A DNA stretch of 59,713 nucleotides from Anaerolineae bacterium (GTDB lineage Bacteria; Chloroflexota; Anaerolineae; 4572-78; JBHHXL01). The notes under the pieces are model-generated. The model saw only the letters and a program-made list of their open reading frames with translations, was not told where the DNA came from and did not search any database. Of the stretch, positions 27,491 through 37,312 are shown one piece after another; the first letter of the stretch is position 1, and each line of letters opens with the position of its first letter. The DNA lies in the NCBI GenBank assembly GCA_046757065.1, contig JBHHXL010000001.1, positions 1-59,713 of the forward strand, read 5' to 3'. The position numbers and the translations under genes were made by a program.

Positions 27491-28249
27491 TTGGATCGCT
27501 TTCTACGCGAGTTAGCCACGCTCACCCCCAATCAATGGATCGCCCTCATTGCCCTGCTGGTGTTGATCAACATGATTGTCGTCGGCGGCCTGGTATGGTT
27601 GGTGGCCGATGAGTTCTCAACGCCCCCTCTGTTTTCGCCGGCGGTGCGAGCCCAGGCCGTAGCCACCCGCACCCCTCGACCCACCTTTACGACAACGCCG
27701 GACCAGCCCACCCCCGCACCCTTCCCAACTTCGACGAACACCCTGGTGCCAACCTGGACGCCATCCATTACCCCCACCCCGCCGCCGACCCACACCCCCC
27801 TGCCCACCGAGACGCCAACGGAAACGCCGGCGCCGGTCATCACCAGGGTTTTTCCAACTGCCACGCCAACCCCTACGCCGACGCCTGATGTGGACTTCGT
27901 GGCTACGATCCGGCAATTGACTCCCTGCGAAAATCAGGGCAAACACCACATCTTCATTTACGTCCGAGACCAGGCCGGGGCGGGTATTCCCAACATTCAG
28001 CTCCGGGTCTGGTGGCCGGGGGGAGAAGCATTTGTTATCACCGGAGATAAGATCGAAGACCCCGGGCTAACCGATTTTGCTATGTTCAAGGGCAGCTACT
28101 TCGTGGAAGTCGCCGGTTTCGCCAGCGATGTTGTCGGCCCCATCAGCCCGGATATTCCGCAGGATGAAACCTGCGCGGAAACTGGTAATCCCGTCGCCAA
28201 CTCGTTATACCATTACTCCTTTGAGGTTATTTTCACCAAAGTGCGTTAA
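27491..28249 (+). CDS. Membrane-anchored protein with a Pro/Thr-rich linker and an uncharacterised C-terminal domain
   Basis: TTG start after GGAGGGG. N-terminal TM WIALIALLVLINMIVVGGLVWLV, a TPTPTP linker, and a ~110-aa globular C-terminus. Confidence 0.5.
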   Translation: MDRFLRELATLTPNQWIALIALLVLINMIVVGGLVWLVADEFSTPPLFSPAVRAQAVATRTPRPTFTTTPDQPTPAPFPTSTNTLVPTWTPSITPTPPPTHTPLPTETPTETPAPVITRVFPTATPTPTPTPDVDFVATIRQLTPCENQGKHHIFIYVRDQAGAGIPNIQLRVWWPGGEAFVITGDKIEDPGLTDFAMFKGSYFVEVAGFASDVVGPISPDIPQDETCAETGNPVANSLYHYSFEVIFTKVR

Positions 28250-28264
28250 TCCGAGATCGGCCTG

Positions 28265-29956
28265 ATGCAAAAACTCAACCTCAAACCCTGGCAGTGGATT
28301 GCCATTATCGGTTATCTGTTGGCGTTGAACGTCATCGTCTTCGGCACGATCTTTTACCTGTTAGGCTCCGCCGATGCCGTCCACCTGGCCGGGTTGAACT
28401 CGCCCGGCCTGGAAAGCCCAACGGCCACCGCTACCAAACGCCCAACCTTCACGCCGACCTTCACCCCGGAGGTGTGGCCAACCTTGACCGCCACCCGGAC
28501 CCCCTCGCGGACTCCGCTGCCGGTAGCGAAAGCGCCGCTACCGACCGATACATCCACGCCCGTGCCGCTGCCAACCCGAACCCCTACCCGGCGGCCAACC
28601 GCCACCCCCCCGCCGACGGCAACACCTACCCCCTCGCCGGCAGCGACACCAACGGACACACCCTCGGCCACCCCCTCGCCGGCCCCAACGGCCACGCCGA
28701 CGCCAACGGCGACCGCAACCCGCACGCCTCGCCCAACGGCCACGCCATCGCCAACCTGGACGCGGGCGCCAACCCGTTCCCCAACGGCCACGCCGACGCC
28801 GACGGCAACCGCAACCCGCACGCCTCAGCCAACGGCCACAGCCAGCCCAACTTCAACACCGACGGCCACACCCACAGCCACCTCGATGCCCACGCCCACG
28901 GCCACCCGGACACCGACGGCCACCTCGATGCCCACGCCCACCGCTTCCGCAACGGCCACGCCGGTAGCCGTCGCGGCCATTCTTCCGGATGCGGCTGACC
29001 ACAACCCTTCGCCGCCCTCGCCGGCAGCGCCTGTTGGAGCGCTGCCCGTCTCCAACCAGAGCGTTAGCCTGAGCTGGCCGGCCTCGCCGGACGTGGCCCG
29101 TTACCGCGTGTACAGCGATATGGGCACAGGCTACGGTGTCCTTATCTTCAAGACCGATGTCAGCCAGCCCTCTTTCCTTGACGAGGGGTTGCAGCCCGGC
29201 GCGCGCTATGCTTATCGCATCGCTGAGCTGCCGGTCGGTGGACAGGACGAACGGGCATTGGGGCGGGCCGTGGTCTTGACCTACGACAGGGCGCCCCTGG
29301 CCGCCTCGGCCCTCATAGCCGGCAGCCCGCCCAAGGCAACTCCAACCCGCTCGCCCGTAGTGGTCACCCCCGCGCCCACCTCGCTGCCCCCAGATGCCAT
29401 CTTGCTCGGTCTGCTAAGCGCGCGCGATTTCATCGATGAGTTTGGCAATTTAATCATCGCCGGTGAGGTGCGCAACGATTCGAACATCGACGCCGGCCAG
29501 GCCGATGTCGCCGTTACGTTCTATGACGCCAACGGCGCGGTCATCGGCGAGGCCAATGGGGGCACGCTGCTCGAAACGCTGGCTCCGGGAACACGTTCTC
29601 CCTTCCTGCTAACCCTCGAGCGCCCGCCGGATATGGCCGACTACAGTTTGCGCGCCGTCGGCCGGCCTGCCCCCCCGCAGCCCGAAGCCGGTCTGGTGGT
29701 TGTTTCCTCGCAAGCCTATGAAGACGGAACGGGGTTCTACCACGTGACGGGGACCGTTGAGAACAGGGGGCCTTCCACCCAGGCCCGCGTCCGCATCCTG
29801 TCCATCCTGTACACGCGAGACGGTGACGTGATCAACGTCGGTGAGGTTTACGCCACCCCGTTCAGGCTCCCGCCCGGCGAGCAGGGCACGTTTGACATAG
29901 CCTTTACCTATTACCCCAAAGTCCTCAGCCACGCCGAAATAGCGGTGGTCGAATAA
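28265..29956 (+). CDS. Membrane-anchored PT-rich protein with an FN3-like segment and two C-terminal FxLYD-like repeats
   Basis: N-terminal TM. A ~210-aa (T/P/A/S/R) repeat linker. [18 protein letters not shown] (FN3-like). Repeated ..[15 protein letters not shown].. and ..[15 protein letters not shown].. Confidence 0.6.
   Translation: MQKLNLKPWQWIAIIGYLLALNVIVFGTIFYLLGSADAVHLAGLNSPGLESPTATATKRPTFTPTFTPEVWPTLTATRTPSRTPLPVAKAPLPTDTSTPVPLPTRTPTRRPTATPPPTATPTPSPAATPTDTPSATPSPAPTATPTPTATATRTPRPTATPSPTWTRAPTRSPTATPTPTATATRTPQPTATASPTSTPTATPTATSMPTPTATRTPTATSMPTPTASATATPVAVAAILPDAADHNPSPPSPAAPVGALPVSNQSVSLSWPASPDVARYRVYSDMGTGYGVLIFKTDVSQPSFLDEGLQPGARYAYRIAELPVGGQDERALGRAVVLTYDRAPLAASALIAGSPPKATPTRSPVVVTPAPTSLPPDAILLGLLSARDFIDEFGNLIIAGEVRNDSNIDAGQADVAVTFYDANGAVIGEANGGTLLETLAPGTRSPFLLTLERPPDMADYSLRAVGRPAPPQPEAGLVVVSSQAYEDGTGFYHVTGTVENRGPSTQARVRILSILYTRDGDVINVGEVYATPFRLPPGEQGTFDIAFTYYPKVLSHAEIAVVE
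28560..28960. repeat. In-frame tandem DNA repeats encoding the PT linker
   Basis: A ~93-nt unit ACGGCCACGCCGACGCC(A/G)ACGGC(G/A)ACCGCAACCCGCACGCCTC.. appears twice (about 28688 and 28782). A ~54-nt unit ACGGCCACCTCGATGCCCACGCCCAC also appears twice. Confidence 0.7.
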
Positions 29957-29992
29957 CCTCTCCCCGGCGATGCTTGCCATTTACAAGGCCCA

Positions 29993-30604
29993 ATGCTAAA
30001 ATTCCCTATGCAGGCCGACTTATGGCCTGGGCCATCGGGCCTCGAAGGCCGTTTCAGAAAGAGAGAACCATCCGCCGTGGTCGTGCGTCCCGCCGAACTT
30101 GCCGATCTGAATGCGTGTTGTGAAATTGACGGCGCATACGTCACCGATTATGTGTGGCAGATGCAGGTTCGCGAGCGCGACGGGTCGATTGACATCAAAT
30201 TTGACACGATCCGCCTTCCGCGCCAGATGAAGGTTCCCTACCCGCGTCACCCGGATGAGTTGTGGCCCCACTGGCAACAAGAAGCCTGTTTTTTGGTCGC
30301 GGCTCAGGACGACCAAATCGTTGGGTATCTCGACGCCTGCCCGGACCCTGGAGACAATGTGCTCTGGATTTACAACCTGGTCATTGCCAGGACAGCCCGG
30401 CGCAGGGGCGTGGCTACGGAATTATTGCAGGCCGCAGGCCACTGGGCCAAACAACGAGGCCAACGCCGGTTTATGCTTGAGCTGCAAACGAAGAACTACC
30501 CGGCCATATGCTTCGCGCACAAGCACGGCTTTGCCTTTTGCGGGTACAACGACCGCTATTTCGCCAACGGCGATATTGCGCTATTCTTTTCTTTACCGGT
30601 TTAG
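29993..30604 (+). CDS. GNAT-family N-acetyltransferase
   Basis: Acetyl-CoA motif A-like ARTARRRGVATELLQAAGHWAKQRG. Confidence 0.8.
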   Translation: MLKFPMQADLWPGPSGLEGRFRKREPSAVVVRPAELADLNACCEIDGAYVTDYVWQMQVRERDGSIDIKFDTIRLPRQMKVPYPRHPDELWPHWQQEACFLVAAQDDQIVGYLDACPDPGDNVLWIYNLVIARTARRRGVATELLQAAGHWAKQRGQRRFMLELQTKNYPAICFAHKHGFAFCGYNDRYFANGDIALFFSLPV

Positions 30605-30736
30605 CCGGGGACAGAGAACAGATGACAGAATACAGATGTCAGACGACGGACATCAGGCATCAGATAGCAGGGTATTCGAGTAGAGAAGTCTGCCCTCCGT
30701 ATTCTGTCATCTGATGTCTGTCGTCTGATTAACCTT

Positions 30737-32674
30737 ATGGAAACCTTTTTTAACTCCGCAGTTAATATCCTGAAGCTGCTTGATGAAGTCACAGCCTCGG
30801 CCATTGCCATCTTTGCTTTTTCCCTGCTGTTGTACCTCTTTGTTTACAACTTTCGCAGCCCGGTCAGCCTGGCCTCGATGGCCCTGCTCGCCTGCATCTG
30901 CATCACCTATGCTGGCGACGTGGCCCTCTTTCAAGCTGACTCACTGGCATCGGCCCGGCCCTGGCTGCAATTCCAATGGATAGGCATCGCCTTTACGCCC
31001 GCAGCCTATTTGCACTTTTCCGATGCCTTGCTCCGCACGACCAACGCCTTCTCAAAGCTGCGGCGGTGGGCCGTTGCCGCCGGCTATGCGATTGGGTTTA
31101 TTTTGATCCCCCTGGCCATCTGGACGGAGTTGCTGGTGCGCGACGGCTTTTACCTGCCCGCCATCACCCAATTTCAGGCCGGGCCTTTGTTCTGGTTGTT
31201 TACCCTTTATTTCTTCGCGACGGTCATCTGGGGCGTTCGCAACATCCAATACGCGCGCCAGCGTTGTTTGACCTCGGCCTCGCGGCAGCGGATGACTTTG
31301 CTGGCCATCAGCTTTGCCGCGCCGGCCCTGGGCGTGTTCCCCTATATGCTCCTGGCCAACCGCGAACCGGCGGTTCCCTCCCTGGCCCTGCTGCTGGTGC
31401 TGCTGCTGGCCAACCTGGGCCTGGGGGCGATGCTGACCATTATGACCTACAGCGTGGCCTTCTTTGGCGTCTTCAGCCCCGAACGCGTGGTGAAACACAA
31501 CCTGGTCAGTTTTCTGACGCGAGGCCCGCTGGTTGCTACCCTGGTCATCTTTATCGTCCTGGCCCTGCCCAAGAACGAGCGCCTTCTGGGCCTGCCTCGT
31601 GACGCCATCTTGCTAATCACCATCGTCATCGTGATGGTGGCCTCACAACTGGTGCTCAACCTGGCCAAACCCCTGATCAACCGGCTGATCCATCCCCGGG
31701 ATCGGGCGGAGATCGCCTGGATCAGGGCGCTGGATCACCGCCTGTTGACCACCACCGACGTGCAGCAAGCCCTGGAGAACGTGCTGCTGGCCCTTTGCGA
31801 GTTAATGCGCGTGCGAACCAGTTTTATCATCAACGTTGCTGCCCGTTCAGGCCCGCGCCTGGAAACGTATGTCGGCTCGATGAACGGCGTGGAAACCGCC
31901 CTGTCGGAGTACCAGTTGAACGCCCTCACTGCCCCGCAAAACGGCCAGGGGCAGCCGGCATTCATCTCGCAGGGAAACTTTTGGTTTGCCCTGCTCAAAA
32001 CCCAGGCGCGGGACAAAACCCTGGGCTTGCTTGGTGTCGAGGCCCGCTCGGCAGCGCCCGATTTATCGGCCCAGGAACAGGAGATCATCAACAACCTGAT
32101 CCATCAGGCAGAACTGGCCCTGGAGGACCGGCTCTTGCAGCAAGACGTATTCGCCGCCCTACGAAAAATTCTGCCCAACATCGAGCGTGTGCAGCGGTTG
32201 CGCAGCACCGTTCGCTACGTCGGTTCGCCCACGCTGGGCAGCCTCACCGGGGACGAAAATCCCGTCGAAACCCCAGATTTCCCCCACCTGGTCCGCGATG
32301 CTCTGACCCACTATTGGGGCGGTCCCAAGCTAACCGACAGCCCGTTGCTCAAAATGAAGGTCGTTCAATCAGCGCTCGGCGACCACGGCGGCAGCGCCCC
32401 GAAGGCGCTCCGCAGCGTGCTCGGTAACGCCATCGAAAGCCTGCGGCCCGACGGCGAACGCCGCATGACGACCACGGAATGGCTGCTCTACAACATTCTG
32501 GAACTCAAGTTCATCCAGGGGTTGCGCGTGCGCGACATCGCTCAGCGCCTGGCTATGAGCGAGTCTGATCTTTACCGCAAGCAACGCATTGCCATCGAGG
32601 AAGTAGCCCGGGCTTTACGGGACATGGAGGGGCAAACGGGCGAAAAATCCCCGTCCGAGCCGGCGTCCGGTTGA
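30737..32674 (+). CDS. Multi-pass membrane protein (7TM-sensor-like N-terminus) with a cytoplasmic region and a C-terminal sigma-70 region-4-like HTH
   Basis: About 8-10 predicted TM helices in the first ~330 aa. C-terminal TEWLLYNILELKFIQGLRVRDIAQRLAMSESDLYRKQRIAIEEVARAL. No kinase motifs. Confidence 0.6.
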   Translation: METFFNSAVNILKLLDEVTASAIAIFAFSLLLYLFVYNFRSPVSLASMALLACICITYAGDVALFQADSLASARPWLQFQWIGIAFTPAAYLHFSDALLRTTNAFSKLRRWAVAAGYAIGFILIPLAIWTELLVRDGFYLPAITQFQAGPLFWLFTLYFFATVIWGVRNIQYARQRCLTSASRQRMTLLAISFAAPALGVFPYMLLANREPAVPSLALLLVLLLANLGLGAMLTIMTYSVAFFGVFSPERVVKHNLVSFLTRGPLVATLVIFIVLALPKNERLLGLPRDAILLITIVIVMVASQLVLNLAKPLINRLIHPRDRAEIAWIRALDHRLLTTTDVQQALENVLLALCELMRVRTSFIINVAARSGPRLETYVGSMNGVETALSEYQLNALTAPQNGQGQPAFISQGNFWFALLKTQARDKTLGLLGVEARSAAPDLSAQEQEIINNLIHQAELALEDRLLQQDVFAALRKILPNIERVQRLRSTVRYVGSPTLGSLTGDENPVETPDFPHLVRDALTHYWGGPKLTDSPLLKMKVVQSALGDHGGSAPKALRSVLGNAIESLRPDGERRMTTTEWLLYNILELKFIQGLRVRDIAQRLAMSESDLYRKQRIAIEEVARALRDMEGQTGEKSPSEPASG

Positions 32675-32700
32675 AAACGGGGCGATTCAACCGGGGCAGT

Positions 32701-32744
32701 GGATTAGATTGGTTCAATCTCGGAGATTGAACCAATCTGGCACA
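32701..32744. repeat. 44-nt palindromic repeat, copy 2
   Basis: Identical to 19494-19537. Lies 27 nt after the stop at 32674. Confidence 0.85.
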
Positions 32745-32851
32745 TCACCGGGAATCCCTTCCGAAATTTACCCTATTCCAAAAATCCTTCTGTTCGTGTA
32801 AAATGGACCGAAACCGGTTCCATTTCTATTTTTGGGGAAGGCCGCAACTCG

Positions 32852-34228
32852 ATGACAACAAGACATAACACACCCACGGCGGATCTATCCCTGGTGCAGC
32901 CAGGCTGGCTGGCCAGGAAGAACTCGCTGATCCTGGTGGCCGGTTTTGCCCTGATCATTCTCATCGGCACAGTTCTGCTGCGGCTGCCAGCGGCCGGCTC
33001 GCAACGGCCCTTGACCTGGGAGGAAGCGCTGTTTATTTCAACCAGCGCCACGACGGTAACGGGGTTAGTGGTCATCACCCCGGTGCTGGACCTCTCGCTC
33101 TTCGGCCAGATTGTGGTCCTGCTGCTGATGGAGATCGGCGGCGTGGGTTTTATCGCCTTTTCGGTGGTACTCTTCGCCCTGATCGGGCGGCGGCTGGGGC
33201 TGGCCGAGCGGACCCTGCTCAAAGAAACGCTCGGCGTGCTGGAGGCGGCCCGCATTGTGCGCTTCACGCTGCGCGTCCTCGCCACCACGATTTCGATACA
33301 GATCATCGGCGCTTTTCTGCTGTGGTTGCGCTGGCAATCCCAACTCGGACCCGGCCGGGCCGCTTATCTGGCCCTGTTTCACGCCGTCAGCGCCTTTTGC
33401 AACGCCGGCTTCGATCTTTTCACGGGCACAGGCCAGATTCTCTTCGGGTTTGGCCGCGACCCCTTTACCCTGGGCGTGATGATGGCCCTGATCGTCATCG
33501 GCGGGTTGGGTATCCTGGTCGGCTATGAAGTGGCGACCTTTCCCTGGAACCGCCGCTTTTCAATCCACACCAAGCTCACCCTGCTCATCTCGGGGGCGTT
33601 GATCATCATTAGCCTGCCCATCATCCTGGCCGACAACGTTTTTGGCGGGACGGCCCTCAGCGGGATGACGCGAAGCGAGCAATTTATGGTCGCCCTCTTC
33701 AACGTTATCTCGGCCCGAACGGCGGGGCTGACCATTATCTCTCTGGATGATTTAAGCCAGGCCAGCGCCCTGGTGCTGATGGTCTCGATGTTCATTGGCG
33801 GCGCACCGGCTTCGATGGCCGGCGGCGTAACCATCAGCACCGTCGGCGTGCTGATCGTCGCCGTCCAGTCCACCGTGCGCGGGCTGCCCCAGGCCGTCGT
33901 TTTTGGGCGCGTCCTCCCCCTGGAGACGATTGCTAAGGCCGTGGCGATTATGACCGTTTCAACCCTGCTCTGTTTCGTGGTCACGCTATTGCTGCTCACC
34001 GACCGGATCGGCGAACTCCTCCCGGTTGCATTTGAAACGGTCAGCGCTTTTTCAAACACGGGCTACTCGTTGGGCGCAACGACAGACCTGGACCGGTTTG
34101 GGCGCTTGCTGGTAGCCTTCACCATGTTTTGGGGCCGGCTTGGCCCGCTGACAATGGTGGTGTTGCTGGCGCAACGCGAGCGCCCGACGCTGGTTCGTTA
34201 CCCAACCGAGCAAATTGTGCTTGGCTAA
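32852..34228 (+). CDS. trkH: TrkH/KtrB-family potassium transporter membrane subunit
   Basis: 458 aa and polytopic, with four selectivity-filter-like segments (TVTGL, NAGFD, RTAGL, SNTGYS). Confidence 0.88.
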   Translation: MTTRHNTPTADLSLVQPGWLARKNSLILVAGFALIILIGTVLLRLPAAGSQRPLTWEEALFISTSATTVTGLVVITPVLDLSLFGQIVVLLLMEIGGVGFIAFSVVLFALIGRRLGLAERTLLKETLGVLEAARIVRFTLRVLATTISIQIIGAFLLWLRWQSQLGPGRAAYLALFHAVSAFCNAGFDLFTGTGQILFGFGRDPFTLGVMMALIVIGGLGILVGYEVATFPWNRRFSIHTKLTLLISGALIIISLPIILADNVFGGTALSGMTRSEQFMVALFNVISARTAGLTIISLDDLSQASALVLMVSMFIGGAPASMAGGVTISTVGVLIVAVQSTVRGLPQAVVFGRVLPLETIAKAVAIMTVSTLLCFVVTLLLLTDRIGELLPVAFETVSAFSNTGYSLGATTDLDRFGRLLVAFTMFWGRLGPLTMVVLLAQRERPTLVRYPTEQIVLG

Positions 34229-34272
34229 AAATTAGCTATAGTTACCATCATCAAGCGACGAAAGAGGAAAAC

Positions 34273-35073
34273 ATGTTACAGTGGCTTCAACGGCGAGTGT
34301 GGCAACCCAATAGTATACTGGAACGGCTGCGACCATCACCGCAAGCCAATGTGGAACAGCTTGACAAACTCGATCTGGCGAACAAAACCCTGCGCGCGAA
34401 TTCCAGGAGATCGACTCGCCGCCGCCGCCAGCGCGAGTTTTTTGTGATCGGTCTGGGCCGCTTTGGCAGCAGCCTGGCCCGGGCGCTGGTCGATATGGGG
34501 CACGATGTCCTGGCGGCAGACATCGATTACCATCTGGTGCAGGTCTATTCGAGCGATTTACCCCACGTGGTCCAACTGGATGCAACCAATTTTGAGGCGA
34601 TGAGAGAAGTCGGCGCGGAGCATTTCGATACCGGCATTGCCTGTATGGCCACCGATTTTGAAAGCAATCTGCTGGCGACCGTCTTGCTGCGCAAGCTGGG
34701 CGTTCCTCACGTCATCGTTAAGGCGCGGACCCGCACCCAACGCGAAATCCTGCTTCAGGTCGGCGCCGATGAGGTCATCCTGCCCGAACAGGAGGCCGGC
34801 GTGCGCCTGGCCCGGCGGCTATCGACGGTGGATTTTGTGGATTACCTGGAACTGAGCCCCGATGAAGGCATCGTGGAGTTGCTGGCCCCGCCTCACCTGC
34901 ACGGCCTGACCCTGGCTGAAGTCGATCTGCGGCAAAGTTACGGCTTAACGGTCCTGGCTATTCGCCGCCCGGACCAGTCTCTGGTCAACCCGCCCGCCGA
35001 CGCCCGCATCGAAAGCGGCGACGAATTGCTGGTGATGGGCAAAATCGTCGACGCCCAACGAATGTGCCAGTAG
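34273..35073 (+). CDS. trkA: TrkA/KtrA-type K+ transport regulatory subunit (RCK N and C domains)
   Basis: FFVIGLGRFGSSLARAL Rossmann motif and a C-terminal TrkA-C-like segment DELLVMG. ATG at 34273 after AGAGGA. Confidence 0.85.
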   Translation: MLQWLQRRVWQPNSILERLRPSPQANVEQLDKLDLANKTLRANSRRSTRRRRQREFFVIGLGRFGSSLARALVDMGHDVLAADIDYHLVQVYSSDLPHVVQLDATNFEAMREVGAEHFDTGIACMATDFESNLLATVLLRKLGVPHVIVKARTRTQREILLQVGADEVILPEQEAGVRLARRLSTVDFVDYLELSPDEGIVELLAPPHLHGLTLAEVDLRQSYGLTVLAIRRPDQSLVNPPADARIESGDELLVMGKIVDAQRMCQ

Positions 35074-35081
35074 GCTGGCAA

Positions 35082-35110
35082 TTGGCAAACGAGGCCAGGC
35101 CACCTATAAT
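35082..35110 (+). promoter_or_regulatory. Sigma-70 promoter upstream of surE
   Basis: TTGGCA-(17 nt)-TATAAT, about 33 nt upstream of the TTG start. Confidence 0.55.
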
Positions 35111-35142
35111 CTGGCCGGCCTTTATCCGGAGGGTTTTCAAAC

Positions 35143-35925
35143 TTGCTCATCCTGGTTACCAACGACGACGGTATCGAATCCCCAACCCTGATGCCCCTGA
35201 AAATGGCTTTGGACCGGGTGGCCGAGACTGTTCTCTTCGCGCCCGACCACAACTGGTCTACCAGCGGGCACTCCAAGACGATGCACAAACCGCTGCGCGC
35301 CGATCTGCTAACCCTGGCCGATGGCTCGCAGGGATATGTTTCCTCCGCCCCTCCCTCCGATTGCGTGGCCCTGGCTCTGCTAGGCGTCGTGGATCGGCGG
35401 CCCGATCTCATCGTATCGGGCATCAATATGGGGGCCAACCTGGGCTACGATGTTTATTATTCCGGGACGGTGGCCGCCGCCGTGGAAGGCGTGATTTCGG
35501 GCCTGCCGGGCGTTGCTTTTTCGCGCGAGATTCCGGCGGATGAGGATAATATTGCCGCTCAGGCCGCCTTCGCCGCCAGACTGACCAAAATGATCCTGGA
35601 CAAGGGCCTACCCGCCGATACCTTGCTGAACGTCAACTTCCCTCCCGATCCCTGGCACGAGGTCAGGGGGGTCTACATCACCCGGCTGGGGCGGCGGGTC
35701 TACCGGGACGAGCTGGTGCGTCGAGAGGACCCGCGCGGGCGGGTCTATTACTGGATCGGCGGGGAGGCCCCGCTCGGCAAACCCGACCACGGCACCGACA
35801 TCTGGGCCTTGCAGAATAAGCTCATCTCCATCACCCCCCTCCACCTGGACATCACCACCCATCGCTTCCGCGAGGAGTTGCGGCGCTGGCACGTTGAAGA
35901 GTTGTTAGACACGAATGGAGTTTAA
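35143..35925 (+). CDS. surE: 5'/3'-nucleotidase SurE
   Basis: (M/L)LILVTNDDGIESP and SGINMGANLG signatures. TTG start. Confidence 0.9.
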   Translation: MLILVTNDDGIESPTLMPLKMALDRVAETVLFAPDHNWSTSGHSKTMHKPLRADLLTLADGSQGYVSSAPPSDCVALALLGVVDRRPDLIVSGINMGANLGYDVYYSGTVAAAVEGVISGLPGVAFSREIPADEDNIAAQAAFAARLTKMILDKGLPADTLLNVNFPPDPWHEVRGVYITRLGRRVYRDELVRREDPRGRVYYWIGGEAPLGKPDHGTDIWALQNKLISITPLHLDITTHRFREELRRWHVEELLDTNGV

Positions 35926-36808
35926 GCCCCTCCCCTCCCCCGGAAAATGGATTACCCTGGCCGGCAGCCTGGTCTTGGGGGGCCTGGCCGGCTGGCTCTT
36001 CAGCCTGCTAAGGGGGCAATCGGTCTCGCCCCGGGCCTTTTGGCTGGGGCTGGCTTTCCTGGCCAGCCTGCTGGGGGGAGCCGTGCTGCTTTATTGGACC
36101 ATCGCCGCCTTCCGGCTGCGCTACCGGCTCAATCGAAACGGCCTGGTCATCCGCTGGGGGGCGGGCTGGCAGCGTGTGCCGATGGAACGCATCCGGGCAG
36201 TTATGCCGGGCAGCGAGGCAGCCCGGGCAGTGCGCCGCTTTCGAGGGCTGCACATACCGGGCCTCCGCGCCGGACAGGGCGATGTGGCCGGGTTGGGGCC
36301 GGCCCGCTTCTTCGCCGTCGCCCCGATGTCGCAAAGCGTGGTAGTCAAGACCGATCGCCGGGCCTACGTCATCTCCCCGGCAGAGATTTCCGCCTTTATC
36401 GACGCCTGGCAGAGGCGGGCGCCCCTCGGCACGACGCAGACCTGGCCGGAGGCGTTTGAGCGGCCCGGTTTTTGGGGGAGTCCCCTCTGGCAAGACTCAT
36501 GGACCTGGGGATTAGTGGGGGCGGCCACGGCCTTGTTCGCCGCGCTGGCCGGGTTTGTTTTCCACCGATATCAGGCGCTGCCCCAATCGCTGCCGGTCCA
36601 TTTCGATGCGCTGGGCCAGGCCGACCGCATCGCTAACAAGCAGGTTATGTTGTTTTTGCTCCTGGTTGGGGGCAGCCTGCTGTTGTTTAATTCATTATTG
36701 GGAGCATATCTGCACCGCCGCGAGCGGCTGGGGGCGTACCTGCTGTGGGGGTTAGGCGGGGCGGTCCAGGCCGGGCTCTTCATTGCGATGCAGGCGATGG
36801 GGGGTTGA
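35915..36808 (+). CDS. Membrane protein with a bacterial PH-like domain
   Basis: Two N-terminal TM helices, then RLRYRLNRNGLVIRWGAGWQRVPMERI (bPH-like), then C-terminal TM helices. Confidence 0.5.
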   Translation: MEFKPLPSPGKWITLAGSLVLGGLAGWLFSLLRGQSVSPRAFWLGLAFLASLLGGAVLLYWTIAAFRLRYRLNRNGLVIRWGAGWQRVPMERIRAVMPGSEAARAVRRFRGLHIPGLRAGQGDVAGLGPARFFAVAPMSQSVVVKTDRRAYVISPAEISAFIDAWQRRAPLGTTQTWPEAFERPGFWGSPLWQDSWTWGLVGAATALFAALAGFVFHRYQALPQSLPVHFDALGQADRIANKQVMLFLLLVGGSLLLFNSLLGAYLHRRERLGAYLLWGLGGAVQAGLFIAMQAMGG

Positions 36809-37302
36809 TGATGACGACCGGAGACACCGCGCTCGAAGCCCGCGTGGGCCGGCTCTTGCGCCGGCACAACCTGACCCTGGCCACCGCCGAGTCCTGCACG
36901 GGCGGGCTCATCGGCCACAAGTTAACCAACGTCCCCGGCAGCTCCGATTATTACCTGGGCGGCGTGGTGGCCTACGCCTACGAGGTCAAAGAGCGCGTCC
37001 TCGGCGTGCGGCACGATACGCTGTATGATTTCGGCGCGGTCAGCGCCGAAACAGCCCTGGAGATGGCCCGGGGCGCGCGCCGGTTGTTGGGGGCCGATCT
37101 GGCCGTTTCGGTCACGGGCATCGCCGGGCCGGGCGGCGGTCTGCCGGACAAGCCGGTCGGGCTGGTCTACATCGCCTTGTCCAGCCGCGCCGACGACATC
37201 CACCGCCGCTTCGTCTGGAATGAAGATCGAGAGGGCAACAAGGAACTCTCGGCCCGGGCTGCGTTGCGGTTGATCATCGATTACCTGGAGGAGAAAGGGT
37301 AA
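36808..37302 (+). CDS. pncC: Nicotinamide-nucleotide amidohydrolase (CinA C-terminal domain, PncC)
   Basis: LATAESCTGGLIGHKLTNVPGSS and VSVTGIAGPGGG signatures. The ATG overlaps the preceding stop (TGATG). Confidence 0.85.
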   Translation: MMTTGDTALEARVGRLLRRHNLTLATAESCTGGLIGHKLTNVPGSSDYYLGGVVAYAYEVKERVLGVRHDTLYDFGAVSAETALEMARGARRLLGADLAVSVTGIAGPGGGLPDKPVGLVYIALSSRADDIHRRFVWNEDREGNKELSARAALRLIIDYLEEKG

Positions 37303-37312
37303 ATCATCTTCT

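Noticed and set aside
28400-29000. Periodic repeats that could be mistaken for a CRISPR array or satellite
   Set aside because: The repeats are in-frame within a long ORF and encode a Pro/Thr/Ala linker. The units are contiguous, with no unique spacers, and there are no cas genes in the window.
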